Shown here: piece by piece, positions 35,519 through 48,843 of the stretch
Position numbering within the stretch: the stretch's first letter is position 1
Layout of the letters: each line of letters opens with the position of its first letter
The notes under the pieces: generated by a model
Told to the model about the DNA's origin: nothing
The model's input: only the letters and a program-made list of their open reading frames with translations
Database searches by the model: none
Translations under genes and position numbers: made by a program
NCBI RefSeq assembly: GCF_902713615.1
Contig: NC_052169.1
Span: 21,692,526-21,756,525 of the forward strand
From: Scyliorhinus canicula
Lineage: Eukaryota
DNA: 64,000 nt
Reading direction: 5' to 3'

Positions 35519-37356
35519 TTTATTGACTTTCCAAATTCCCACCACTCCAAGGAGATAATTTGCAAAGGGGATTCCCGATGGGGACAGGGCCAGAGTGTCC
35601 ACACTATAATCGCACAAGGCAGATTGGACCCAGGCCATCGTGAAAACAAGGGGCTCCGCTCCCTGAACAGTGTGCTGGAAATACCTAATGGCAGTGCACA
35701 AAAACAAAAAAAAAAAGAGTTCCAGTCTGTTTATTTAACTGTAAATGAACAACCAAATGTGCTCCAGGGAGATTGGGCTAAAACAAATTTTTTTTTTTTA
35801 AAAAAGGCCGTGGAAATGAGCAACTTAAAAAATTCCACTCATGTAAAATTATTCCAGATCCACTTGAGGGGGGAAAAAAACAAGACAGGTATGACTCAGT
35901 TTGTGCTTTAAAACAACAAAAACAAATAGTGGAAGGATTGAGGGAGGGGAACATCTCAAATGAAGAATGGATGAGCAGACACTTCATACAATGCCAACTG
36001 TATAAGAAAAACGACAGACACAAACCTAGAACAGAACAGGCCAAGTCTATCCAGAATGAATCACTTGAGAAAAGGGGATTGTGTGTTACTCCCAAGCAAG
36101 CAGCTACCAGGGCAGTTATTGGGATTTCCAAGTAAGACTTCATTGGGTCTTCCAGAGTTAGGAGGAAGGGGGTCTCTGTATTCTACTTTCTGTTACAAAC
36201 TACCAAAGTCATCTTCAACGCCCACCTATAAAGGCTCATCAAGCCCGGTTGCCACAGCATTTCAATACAAACAAATGCTTTACGTACATAGTCCTACATG
36301 TATATATATTAAAAAAAAAATGAAAATTGTGGATGGACGAACTGGTAAATGACAATCAGGACCACAAATGTAGCAAGATGGTCACCAATTTTTATTCACA
36401 AACCCTTTCGTTGGCCAAGTATAGGACATCAGATAGGATTTGGATGCAACACTCCCACATCTCTGTTACCACATACAAAAGGATCACTCACACAAAAACT
36501 CTACCACCATCTTACTGAAGGTGAATGAAAAGATTGGGATAGTAGAGGTGAGTTTGAAACGGACCCAACTGCCCAATAATCCAATTCTAATATCTACATT
36601 ACAGTAGTCTTTGGGTTACAGCACCTCCCAGCTTTTTATTGTACTGTAGCTGCTTTGGTTAGAAGTTATGTGAGGTTTCCAAACAGTTTGAGGGACCAGG
36701 ATTTTGGGAAAAATGAAAAATCGCTTTATTGTCACGATTAGGCTTCAATGAAGTTACTGTGAAAAGCCCCTAGTCGCCACATTCCGGCGCCTGTCCGGGG
36801 AGGCTGGTACGGGAATTGAACCGTGCTGCTGGCCTGCTTTAAAAGCCAGCGATTTAGCCCAGTGAGCTAAACCAGTCCCTTGTGTTCACGGAGGTGATCT
36901 GCTCCACTACGCACAGGAAAACACATTTGCATTTGTACTGAAAGAATGATAGCAAACCAAAGCTAAAAATCTGCCCCGTACATAAGGACCCAACTGGTTT
37001 CAATCTCACGACCCGCGACCCCCCCCCCCCCCCCCCCAAATTTTACGCCTTCCTCCCCAACCGAGTGACCAACTCTGGATTACGTTAGAAGAAGTCTAAA
37101 TTCAGAAACCAAAAGTAACGGGGAAAGTTTTCATCTTCACGGTGACATCTTTCGGTCCATCACTAAGGAATATTCCTCCAGTACTGATCGCCATCACAAA
37201 AATAAAAAAATACTGAATCAACAGGATTCCTGAAAGCAGGAATCCACGGGAATAAGCTGCAGAATTGCACGACTGCTGGCCATCTTCTTCATTTGAAAAC
37301 ATTTGGCTTGGGGTGAGAAACTCTGCTGATAGCCGCAGGCAAACCCCACCCATTCT
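35519..37356 (-). other. Probable SEC11A 3' UTR with candidate AATAAA signals at 36391-36396 and 35519-35524
   Basis: Mostly unique sequence downstream of the stop codon; tttatt on + strand at both positions. Confidence 0.45.
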
Positions 37357-37407
37357 TCACTCCCGATGGACGAGGACAAAGAGCCCCAGCAGGACGAGTA
37401 CTGCATA
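37357..37407 (-). CDS. SEC11A: SEC11A exon 6 (YAVLVLLGLFVLVHRE*)
   Basis: ttccag| acceptor after an 84-nt intron, TGA at 37357-37359. The six exons sum to 540 nt (179 aa). Confidence 0.96.
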   Translation of the reverse strand, partial: YAVLVLLGLFVLVHRE

Positions 37408-37491
37408 CTGGAAAACAGATCACTGCGTCAGTAAAAGCAAAACACTTCCACGCTCAAAGATTAGCCTTCAAAACAGGAGTTAATTACTTAC

Positions 37492-37549
37492 CTTAAATTT
37501 TGGATAGTCATTCATCAGGATGGTCACGATACCAATGTACGGGACAAAC
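37492..37549 (-). CDS. SEC11A: SEC11A exon 5
   Basis: ttccag|[19 protein letters not shown]|gtaagt; 58 nt. Confidence 0.96.
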
Positions 37550-37881
37550 CTGGAAAAATAAGATGTTTGAAATCTGTTAGGCAATTTGCAATAAGACTAT
37601 CACAATTCCAATGAGAAGCCTTTTAACTAAACACAGCCTTGCAGAAATCGCCCACCTCCAAAGAACCAATGTCCAATCTTGACGCCTCAACGAGTACATG
37701 AGCCAGACCACAAGGTCCCACCATTCATTCATGGATTAGAGATAGAGAAAGACAGAGGAGAAAGAGAGTGCGTGTAGATCGGATGTCCCTGGTCCGGGGA
37801 AGGGAAGGCCTGACGAAAATAAAAGATGGACTCCAAAATACTGGGGAAAAGTCCAATTACTTTGAGCAGCTGCAGGCCGAT

Positions 37882-37916
<35 letters not shown>

Positions 37917-37948
37917 CGAGAGAGCGAGAGAGCGAGAGAGCGAGAGAG
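37882..37948. repeat. (GA)n / (GAGAGAGC)n microsatellite
   Basis: Seen directly in sequence. Confidence 0.95.
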
Positions 37949-39649
37949 GGGTGTTTGCTTGAAACCCAGTAACAAGGCACAGATCAGGTCAGATTGTCAC
38001 ACGTAGCTCCATCCAATATTTCCTACCAATTAATCCCTTGTTTTTATTAATTCCAAATTTGATTTAATGCACCAGTCGAGCTGTGCAAGTTGCGCAGCGT
38101 CAAGGCCAAGCACAACATCAGGTCTGGAGGCAGGGAAATCATTGACGGGACGGAATTTTGCTGTCCCAGCTCTTGGGCAGACAAAGCTTGTTGGCGAAAT
38201 TGGGACTGACAGCTCGAGCCTTCAAGAATTCTTCTCCGGTGCACCCTTCATTGATGCGTCATCTTTTCCAAAGAGGGTTGGCAGTAGAGGGTGTGGGGTT
38301 AGGTGCGGGGGGGGGGGGGGGGGGGGGGGGTTGCGGGGGTTAGAAAGAGGAGGATTGATGTTGTGGGGTTAGGGTAAATGGGGGAGTTTGGCTAACTCCA
38401 CAAAGAGATTGGGGATTAATGATAGAGAACACATTGGCAACATGCTAATAGGCAGAGGTCCTTTTAGTCCAGATTCCACTTCAGAGACTGCATATTTTAA
38501 CAACCCAGGTCTCAAACTAGCTGGCATCAGTGATTACTTTGTTAATCACAATACTCAACGGCCTTTGTTCAATGAGCATCTTTAATCTAATCAAACATTT
38601 CACGGTGCTTCACTCCATTTTCTGACAATCACAATTCCTTTAAATTAGAAAAAGATCCCAATGGCTTTTGGATTGAACATTGGCCGTGGACATGACTCAT
38701 ATGAAACACAAGAAACAAGGGAGCCATCCAGGTGTCTAACGGTCAGCTGGTACAAGTTTTATTTTAATCAGACTGTGGATGTAATTAAAAGCTCATCACC
38801 TCGCTGCAATTACATGCAGCTCAAGTACAAAAAGGGGATGGAAAATTGAATTTCGGACAAAGCACTGCAACACTGTTTAAATTCACAGGATTCCAAAATG
38901 GACTAGGTGGTGATGTGCAGATGCTGCAATCTTTCCTGTGCGAGAGGTACCTTGCAAAATGTGGGGGCAAACTTGAAAATGAGCAGTTTCAGCGGTCCGC
39001 CACGCTTCTAAATTTAAATCCTCACGAAGCTGCAAACTATCGCTTCAGAATAGGCTCGCAAAGGATAATCATTAAACTGCATTTCTTGACATGTTTCAGG
39101 TAGTTACGTTGTAATTCTCTTCAATTTCGTTAATAATAGGTAGCTGCCAGCTTAAAATGTTATTTTATGATAATTCTCCAGGAGGCAGAAAGTATCAGAC
39201 ATTAACATACACATCAGAGGCAATCCAAAACGCTCAAATGCCTAAAGTTATTTACATTACACTTTCCTACTTCAATCTAATGATAACAGCCAGTTGCATT
39301 TCATCGTGAACAGTACGGTTGTGACGTACATATAGAGTATACAGAATACTTCACTTGTTAAAACTACACTTTCTTTGTGCAGTTAGCCAAGCTCATCATT
39401 TACCCCAACCCCTCTTCCCTAATCCCACACCATCAGCCCCCACATTTTTATTTGAAATATTAAAACTGGCACTTCTGCACACCAGGCATGCACCACTATT
39501 GAGGAAGATCTCAAACAGGACACACACCCTATTAAATTGATACCAAGGTTTTTCAAAACGGATGGCATGTGCTGCTGTCGATACAAGACAATCAAATCAG
39601 AATGGTTCGGGGGGGATCAAAACGATCGGCAACCCTTTTACCTTGCAGG

Positions 39650-39890
39650 CATGGGGAGGCAGTGTAACGGTGGTCTTGTCTCTGGATGAGGGTAATAATG
39701 CTCTGGGGACACGGGTTCGAATCCCATCGTGGTAGATGGTGAAATTTGAATTCAATCAAAATCTGGATTGACAACCATGAAACCCATTGTTGGAAAAACT
39801 CATCTGATCACAAATGCCCTTTGGAGGAAGGAAATCTCCCGTCCTTAAATACTGGCCCAGCCAGCAACGCCCACATCCCATGAACAAATT
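39650..39890 (+). mobile_element. Older tRNA-derived SINE family (pieces also at about 420-545, 7305-7460, 12415-12555, 26660-26800)
   Basis: B-box gggttcgaatccc, body ggaaggaaatct, tail gccagcaacgcccacatcccatga. Confidence 0.65.
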
Positions 39891-40666
39891 TTTTTTTAAA
39901 TTCAATATTTGCCACGTCACACTTAATTTAAAGGAGGGAGTGTGTTTGGGGAGTGGGTGGGTGTTTTTGTCTTCTGTGCTCTGGGACCAACAGCAAGGCT
40001 TCCTTCCCTTCCCCCTCCTTCCTCTTGCTGGCGGTGAAGCGCTGTTCAACTGGTGGCAATAAACCACCTCATTTGCATGAGATACAATGCAGACAGTGGC
40101 ACTGGCAGCCAGGGCACAATGATAAATGAGACATTCAGCTAGGTTACAGGGTGGCGTTGTGCAAGTTACACTGCAGTTGATGTAACAAATGTCAAAGACT
40201 CGGCCGGCATCTCCGCAACTGTCTGCTGCTAAAGAATATATTCTATGCTTCATGATCTTGTACAATTGATGCAAGACTTCTGCAGCTTGCTGCACTCACA
40301 GATAACGGGTGCAGCACAGAATTGATGATTCACCATCCATGACTGTTTAAAAGAAAGCACAATTACATTGCTGATGTATTGGTCAGTGTATCTGTACAAG
40401 TTGCTGCTCTCGGCCTCTTCACTTCATTCAAATGTTTAGGAAGACGTGACTGATTACAGGACTAGGCCTGAGCGCACTTGCGTCTGTGCTGCACCATGTT
40501 ATCTGTGCACCTTGCATTCCCATTGCTAATCAAAGTCATCCTGCCCTGATATTCTGATCAAAATTCAACAGTTGTGTCGTGTACGATTTAGTCATCACAG
40601 GAACGAAGTGGCTTCAGAGATCAAAAATCACAAGAGACACCAAAAGGTAAAGAAGGCGGGGGAAGG

Positions 40667-40944
40667 NNNNNNNNNNNNNNNNNNNNNNNNNNNNNNNNNN
40701 NNNNNNNNNNNNNNNNNNNNNNNNNNNNNNNNNNNNNNNNNNNNNNNNNNNNNNNNNNNNNNNNNNNNNNNNNNNNNNNNNNNNNNNNNNNNNNNNNNNN
40801 NNNNNNNNNNNNNNNNNNNNNNNNNNNNNNNNNNNNNNNNNNNNNNNNNNNNNNNNNNNNNNNNNNNNNNNNNNNNNNNNNNNNNNNNNNNNNNNNNNNN
40901 NNNNNNNNNNNNNNNNNNNNNNNNNNNNNNNNNNNNNNNNNNNN
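40667..40944. other. Assembly gap (N)
   Basis: Run of N. Confidence 1.
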
Positions 40945-43422
40945 TCTCTTACTCAAACCCGCCGCTGAACTGCTTTTAAAGTATTAGGTTCAGAACTGGA
41001 GTCAAGAGCAGAGGGACGTCCTCCTGTGCCACACAGAAGCACTCTGTGCTAATGATTCCCCCGTTAGCAAAACATTCCAGTTACCACCACAAGAAGCAGG
41101 ACTGAAGTTTGATGAGTGACCCCTCAGTCAACAGCTCAGCTTTGTGCCAAAAACCTCCCTCCATGACTGAAGGTAACAATTCCATCTCGGATTGGTTTTA
41201 AAAGCTGAAAATAGAGGAGGAAAGCATTTTTATCTAAAGTGCTTTCCTAAAAGCACTTGAAAGAAACTGTATGCGTGCCAGGAATGATAAATCCCCAGTC
41301 CCCCTCTATATTTTAAAAGGCGGCAGGCTATCGGAGACAATTGCATGATGCATCTTTACCCAGTATGTTCATCACCCATCAGCTGCCATTAAGCTACATG
41401 ATCACTGGCACCCACCCTGGATCTGGATGCCAATCACAAGGATCCAATTCAATTAAAAACAAAAGGTGCGTGTTGTTCTAGCAAGTATCCTGTCAACTGA
41501 AGATGCAAACATTTTAACAGCAAAAGAATAAATAACCAGAACATGCTGTTTTTGAAAAAATTATTTTACAGGACACGGCGAGACCAGCATTTTTATTGCA
41601 TGTCGCTCATGGTCTTGGGGCAAGGTGGTGGTGAGCTGTCTTCATGAAGCGCTGCAGTCCACTCCAGGTACACCCACAGTGCTGTCAGGGAGGGAGTACC
41701 AGGATTCTGACCCAGTGTCAGTGAAGTGACTCTGACCCTACAAGGGTAAACGCATCAGACTTTAAACAATTTAGTTTAAAACCCTTGCACGACAGAATAT
41801 CCAACTGATCAGTCAATAAAATAATCCAACTCTGAACTGGAAATGTTGATCAATTTGCCTCTAACTGACCCTGGATGACATTGTACTCCAGACAGTTCAA
41901 AGCCAACTTTGTACCAATAGGTTCAAATGATCCAATAAAACAGCATAATTTTGTGAAAAATATTTAATCCAAAAATCTGAATTGTGAAGTGTTGCAACAT
42001 TAATGACCAAATCCGCTGTACGGCCTTGTACAATCATTCTGCACAGTTTGGGTCAGTTAGTATCTGGATTGGAGGTTAGCTCTGATTTAAAGGTATTTGG
42101 GTATGGTGTGATAGAACATAGAACATAGAACAGTACAGCACAGAACAGGCCCTTCGGCCCTCAATGTTGTGCAGAGCCATGATCACCCTACTCAAACCCA
42201 CGTATCCACCCTATACCCGTAACCCAACAACCCCCCCTTAACCCTACTTTTATTAGGACACTACGGGCAATTTAGCATGGCCAATCCACCTAACCCGCAC
42301 ATCTTTGGACTGTGGGAGGAAACCGGAGCACCCGGAGGAAACCCACGCACACAGGGGGAGGACGTGCAGACTCCACACAGACAGTGACCCAGCCGGGAAT
42401 CGAACCTGGGACCCTGGAGCTGTGAAGCATTGATGCTAACCACCATACTACCCTGCTGCCCCAATTTGGAGGTTTCAAACAAAACCAATCGTTAAGTTCA
42501 AAGTGCAGCCTATTGCTGAAGGATTTCAGCATAGATAAACTTGAGCTACTATATTTCAGAAGAAAAAGGTCACATATTACTTGGAAGAGTTTAGGCATCT
42601 GTGAAAACAAACAAAAAGGGTCAACGAGGCACCAATGAGTGAAAGGAAAATGAACTCGAGGGGTTATCTCCAGAGGTATAGAATTGAAAAGGTGAGAGAT
42701 TATATATAATAAACTGTATAGACTCTTGGTCAGGCAATATCTGGAAGGAATGTGCACAATTCTAGGTGCCATATTTTAGGGAGGATACCAAGCATTGGAG
42801 AGGGTACAGAATAATTTACAAGGGGTTAGCAGAGCTGAAGGCTATACCTATCAGGAAAGTATGACCAGCCTGGTCTCTTAGATCTTGAAGATTGAAGAGG
42901 CTTTTAAAATTATCAAGAGTTTCGATAAGAGAAAGTGTGATCCCACACGACCTGTGAGAACGATCAACCGATCTAGCCAAGTTCTGGAGGGTCAACGGTC
43001 AGCTGACTTGCAGCCCAAGAGGAAGTGATTTACCCACAAGTGGCTGGAGCGACCACACAAATGTAATGACATAAACTTTGCAACCAAAGCAAGGTCAGTC
43101 TGTGCATTAGTTTAAAAAAAAATTAAATTTAGAGTACCCAATTATTTTTTCCAATAAAGGGGCAATTGGCATGGCTAATCCACCTATCCTGCACATCTTT
43201 TGGGTTGTGGGGGTGACAGTCACGCAGACACGGGGAGAACGTGCAAACCCCTCACGGACAGTGACCCAGGGCCGGGATTCGAACCCGGGTCCTCAGCGCC
43301 GCAGGCAGCAATGCTACCCACTGTGCCACCGTGCTGCCCTTGTCTGTGCATTAGTGATCCCCTGTGAAAATTCACAAACTATCCACACAAATGAATCTGG
43401 ATGGTTACATCACGGATATAAA

Positions 43423-43660
43423 TCATGATGTGGAGATGTTGGCCTTGGACTGGGGTGGGCACAGTAAGAAGTTTGACAACACCAGGTTACAGTCCAGCAG
43501 GTTTGTTTCGAATCACTAGCTTTCAGAGCACAGCTCCTTCCTCGGGTGAATGAAGAAGTGGGTTCCAGAAACATATAATATAGACAAAGTCAATGATGCA
43601 AGACGATACTTTGAATGAGTGTCTTTGCAGGTAATTAAGACTTTACAGGTCCAGACGGAG
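43423..43660 (-). mobile_element. Penelope-like pseudo-LTR fragment with degenerate hammerhead (43514-43548)
   Basis: Minus strand reads CAC-CCGAGGA-A-GGAGC(UGU)GCUCU-GAAAGCUA-GUG; core U4 is changed to C. Confidence 0.7.
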
Positions 43661-43874
43661 TGATTATCCCTCTCTCCAGTTGCTCCCCGTCTCAGCATCA
43701 GGGATCCGGGTTCGATTCAGTGGCCTCGGGTCACTGTCTGTGTGGAGTCTGCACGTTCTCCCCATGTCTGTATGGGTGCTCCGGTTTCCTCCCACAGTCC
43801 AAAGTCGTGCAGGCTAGGTGGGGTTGCAGGGATAGGGCCTAGGTAGGGTGTACTTTCAGAGGGTGGGTGCAGAC

Positions 43875-44220
43875 TGGAGGAACACCACCAGTGTTACCTC
43901 CACAACACCCTGAAAATCCATTGGCAGGATGGACACACCAATGTCAGTGCTCTTGCTCAGACCAACATTCCCAGCATCGAAGCATTGTGCACACTCGATC
44001 AGCTCTGCTGGGTGAGCCACGCTGTCTGCATGCCTGACACAAGACTCCTGAAACAAGCACTCTGCTCAGAGCCGTTGCGGCCACAGCAAGCGAGCCCCAG
44101 GAAATGACACCCTCAAAGCCTCCTTGAAAAAGTGCAACACCCCCACTGACACAGAGGAATCCCTGGCTCAGGACCTCCTGAAGTGAAGGAAAAACATCCT
44201 GGAAGGAGCTGAACACAGAA
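43875..44220 (+). mobile_element. RTE-clade LINE fragment
   Basis: Remnant HQCYLHNTLKIHWQD..TNVS...IPSIEA..QLCWVSH..MPDTRLLKQAL, typical of RTE C-termini. Confidence 0.7.
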
Positions 44221-44351
44221 TGACTGCACTTCATTGGCTGTAACGTGCTTTTTGGGACGTCCTGTGGTCATGACAGGTGCAAAGGAATGGTCCTTGGTAT
44301 CCACCAGAAACATGTGGCAGAATGTGAGGATCACCCATATTCTGAAAGATT

Positions 44352-44582
44352 TTTTGTAAAAAATAAATTTAGAGTACCCAATTAGTTTTTTCCAATTAAG
44401 GGGCAATTTAGTGTGGCCAATCCACCTACCCTGCACATCTTTGGGTTGTGGGGGCGGAACCCACGCAAACACGGGGAGAATGTGCAAACTCCACATGGAC
44501 AGTGACCCAGAGCCGGGATCGAACCTGGGACCTCAGCGGCGTGAGGCAGCAGTGCTAACCCACTGCGCCACCGTGCTGCCCC
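44352..44582 (-). mobile_element. HE1-like SINE, poly(A) subfamily (also 30712-30930, 33114-33340, 43111-43340, 45043-45270, 45780-45998 on -)
   Basis: TSD catattctgaaagat on both sides; ends ...taattgggtactctaaattt then A/T-rich tail. Confidence 0.9.
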
Positions 44583-46658
44583 ATATTCTGAAAGATGTTT
44601 GATTTTGAATGATCTTTTCAGAACCTGCCAAAATTGTTTCCCTTGGGTTAGCTTGTTGGACGTGCCAAACAGGGAGATTTCTGTGTTTCATACCATTTAA
44701 AATAGCTAGAGATTAAAGCAAATCTGTTCTCCCTCACAATGGTTCAAGATGGGCAAGAATCAGTCTCTGTATCAAGCAGACATGCATGGAAATTCATGCA
44801 GATTATCTCAAGACAATTTGTTTTAATGCAAAATTGGGTTGTACACCTTCAGGGTATTATAAGCACTGTCGTAGCTACTCACTATTTAGTATCCGCATAT
44901 TAGGTAAATTGGACATTCTGAATTCTCCCCGCGTTCCCGAACAGACGCCGGAATGTGGCGACTAGGAGCTTTTCACAGAAACTTCATTGCAGTGTTAATG
45001 TCAGCACACTTGTGACAATAAAAATTATATTATACAGCAAACTTTTTTTTATTATAAATTTAGAGTACCCAATTTACTTTTTTTTTTCCAATTAAGGGGC
45101 AATTTAGAGTGGCCAATCCACCTACCCTGCACATCTTTGGGTTGTGGGGGTGAAACCCACGCAGACACGGGGAGAATGTGCAAACTCCACACGGACAGTG
45201 ACCCAGAGCCGGGATGGAACCGGAGACCTCGGCGATAGGAGGCAGCAGGGCTAACCCACTGTGCCACCCATTTATACAACAAACATGATCTCAACTGCCT
45301 GCTTTGGGCTGGAGCCTGGGAGTTTCTATCAGGCTCCAGGATTTGAATTTTGATTGCGAATCATTGTTTGAATATCCAAATGCAGCAGTCCATCTTTTTT
45401 TTGGACAAGGTGTTAAATTGAGGCCTCGCCCGTAGACGATCCCATGGCACCAATGATGCCCCGTGAGCTTCACAGCGGTTTGCATCAGGAGATCGGCAGC
45501 TTGTCAGACTGAAATAAAGACACTTATTGTGGATTTTTTTTTAAAAAGCCAGGAACGCAATTCTTTACCTCAGTTACCATTTGTCTGTTTGTAATCTCAG
45601 CCGTTTTCTCTGCTGCCTGCCTCGTTTTGGTTCTGCCTCCCACCCTGTTGTTCTGGTAACACAATTTCTCCACCTGAAGATCACACTTGAACGTCCAAAC
45701 ATGTGAAATAGGAGAAGAGGTAGGCCATTCGGCCCCTCGAGTCTGCTCCACCATTCATAAAATCGTGACTTATCTCTGTTTTTAAAATAAATTTACTGTA
45801 CCCAAATTATTTTTTCCCCCCAATTAAGGGGCAGTTTGGTGTGGCCGATCCACCTATCCTGCACATCTTTTTGGGTCTGTGGAGGCGAGACCCACGCAGA
45901 TACGGGGAGAATGTGCAAACTCCACACGGACAGTGACCCGGGATCGAACCCGGGTCCTCGGCGCCGTGATGCAGCAGTGCCAACCACTGTGCCGCCCTTG
46001 ACAGATCTGTTGTGTGTTGAGTTCTGCATTCCCTATCTACCCCCGGTAACCTTTGATGTTTCTGCCTCAGGAATATTCAGCCGGAGGTAGGGAGCCCCAA
46101 TGTCACGCACACGCGAGGAAACATCTTCGCCACGTCCACCTTGTCAACCAGGTATCCATCTGGAACCTCGTCCAATGCGTTCACACCCATCCTTAAACAA
46201 AGAGACCAAAACTGCACGAAGAGGAAACAAGTGGGCTCGAAATGCTAACTGGCGCCTACAGATGCTGCCAGATCTGCGGGGTTTTCCCAGCACTTGCTAT
46301 CCTTACTTTTATGTTCAACTCCTCATGCAATAGGATTCTATTAGCCTCCTTGATGCCATGCTGCACCTACAGCCTAAATCTTTGTGAATCATGCACCAGG
46401 ACACCCAAATCTCTCAGCATCGCAGTCGCCTGGTGTTCCAGCTTCAAGCCATAAAATCAACAACCCCCCATGAAATTAACCAGCACCCCCCCCCCCCCAC
46501 CCAAAATCATAAACCTTCAACAGAAACACAAAGGCAACTTTATAAGCAAAAAAATTAATTGTGGAATAGCCATTTCCATTTGACCGTGCAATTGAGTAAA
46601 ATCTCCTCATTGCAGCAGACCAACCAACAAGGTCATACACGACATATCCATAACTTAC

Positions 46659-46778
46659 CCACGTGCTCGCCCCACAACGTCTTTCTTCTCTAGCCAGTGT
46701 TGCCCCTGTTTGTACAGGCCTCGGTCATCAACAGCATTGTTGTCACCTTTTGTCAGGAATTTTATGTCTCCATTTTCC
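46659..46778 (-). CDS. SEC11A: SEC11A exon 4
   Basis: ttctag|[40 protein letters not shown]|gtaagt; 120 nt; KGDNN motif. Confidence 0.97.
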
Positions 46779-46864
46779 CTAGAACAGGAGAATGAGTTGT
46801 GTCAGGTGGTTTTCACAATCTGTGCGATGTACAAAATAGAAGTTAAGTTAGCCTGAACTTGCAT

Positions 46865-48200
46865 GTCTTGCTATTCTTCCAACCATGGTTGACAAGAGCC
46901 CTCCACTGTATCCGTTGCCTTTTCTGCACTTCTGCCCTCACTCCTTCCCGTTCCTCCCACAACGATAGGATTCTCCCTGCACTCACCTTCCACCTCATTA
47001 GCCTCTGCATTCAAAGGATCCTCTGCCATATCAACTGGGATGTCACTACCAAATGGCTGCCCACCTTGCCCCTTTTTAGCATTCCAAAGGAACCATTCCC
47101 TCCATCAGCCCCCACTCCCCAATCCCGACGGCACCTTTCCAAGTACAGGAGATGCAGCACCTGCCCTTTTACCTCCTCCCTTCCCACCATCCAAGGCCCC
47201 AGGCACTCCTGCCAAGTGAGACAGCAGCTTACTTGTACTTCTTTAAATAATCTAGATCCACAATATGGTTTCTACTGTGGTGGTTGGGCATGGACAGGGC
47301 AGATAGGGAGCAGTTGTTCCCCTTAGTTGAAGGGTCAGTTACGAGGGGATTTGAGGAAAAACCTGGAAGGCCCGTAGCCTTGAACGTTATAACGTGCCAA
47401 GTGCTAGCAAATGGGATTGAGGTAGGTAGGTCAGGTGTTTGTCATGTGTCGGTACAGACTCGATGGCCTGAAAGGCCTCTTCTGTATTATTCTGATTGGG
47501 TTATTGCTTCAAAATACTTCTCTTTGGCCCACAAGCATGTCACAGGGCTTCCATTTCTGGGTCATTTTTATTCTCTACCTACTCATGTGCCATTGAAGCG
47601 CAAAGGGCAGCACCCTCAACATTTGATTGGACACTTTGCACCTTCTGGACTCAACAGTAAATTTACAATTATAGAGCAGAATGTCTGTCCGCAATTCTTT
47701 TTGCTGGTTCAGTTTTTTTCTAATTTCTTTCTTAATTCCTTTACTTTGTGTTTGGATGGCTGCTTTCCTACCATTCCCACCTCATCGAGGCACATCTTTT
47801 GTTTAGTTACTGGCCCCATTACAACTCCCTTCGGCTTTTCACCACAGAAACTTTCGTCATTGAATCTCTCCTGTCAGAGATTGTCCCTGATACTACTCTT
47901 CTCACCCCACCCTTCTTTCATTTGCTCAAAACATGTTACATTTCCCAACATGTTACATTTAACCCTCCTCTCAGCACCAATGAAAAGTCACGGCCCACGA
48001 TGTTGTGCCCAACTAGTCTGAAACTAAGATCAAATCAACCTACTCCCAGTCATTGTAGTGCACTCCATATGCCTATCCAATAACCGCTTGAAAGTGACAG
48101 AAAAGTCACAGCTTTGAAATGCTAATTCTGTCACTTTCTCCACAAATGCTGCCAGATCTTCTGAGTGTTTTCAACGTTTCGTCTTTTTATTTCAGATTTT
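46865..48200 (+). mobile_element. Penelope/Poseidon-like fragments, interrupted by CR1 pieces
   Basis: Decayed LTFH...IQRI and RRCSTCPFTSSLPTIQGP segments; pyrimidine-rich 3' region ending ctccacaaatgctgccagatcttctgagt. Confidence 0.6.
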
Positions 48201-48279
48201 GATTATCCACATTATTTTAGTTTTTGTACTTTTCTACCCCCCTACCCTGCGAAATAAAAGCCCTTGCATGTAATAAATG

Positions 48280-48843
48280 CCTTTATTACCAGGGGGATTG
48301 AGTTTAAGAGCCGTGAGGTTATGCTGCAACTGTACAGGACCCTGGTGAGACCACATTTGGAGTATTGTGTGCAGTTCTGGTCACCTCACTATGGGAAGGA
48401 TGTGGAAGTATTGGAAAGGGCACAAAGGAGATTTACCAGGATGCTGCCTGGTTTGGAGGGTAGGTCTTATGAGGAAAGGTTGAGGAAGCTAGGGCTTTTC
48501 TCATTGGAGTGAAGGAGGATGAGAGGTGACTTGATTGAGGTGTACGAGATGACGAGAGGATAGATAGAGTAGACGTTCAGTGACTTTTTCCTCGGGTGGA
48601 TGGAGCTGTTACAAGGGGGCATAACTATAAAGGTGGAAGATATAGGAGGGATGTCAGAGGTTTACTCAGAGTGGTTGGGGCGTGGAACTATGGTAGTGGA
48701 GTCGGAACTTTCAAGCGGTTATTGGATAGGCACATGGAGTGCACTAGAATGACTGGGAGTAGGTTGATTTGATCTTAGTTTCAGACTAGTTGGGCACAAC
48801 ATCGTGGGCCAAAGGGCCTGTACTGTGCTGTACAGTTCTATGT
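48280..48843 (+). mobile_element. CR1 3' fragment
   Basis: LYRTLVRPHLEYCVQFWSPHY, tail ending ctgtacagttctatg. Confidence 0.9.

Noticed and set aside
35390-35911. 173-aa + strand ORF
   Set aside because: No recognisable domain, contains homopolymer runs, and lies antisense to the probable SEC11A 3' UTR.
47284-48021. 245-aa ORF
   Set aside because: Chance read-through across CR1 and Penelope fragments.
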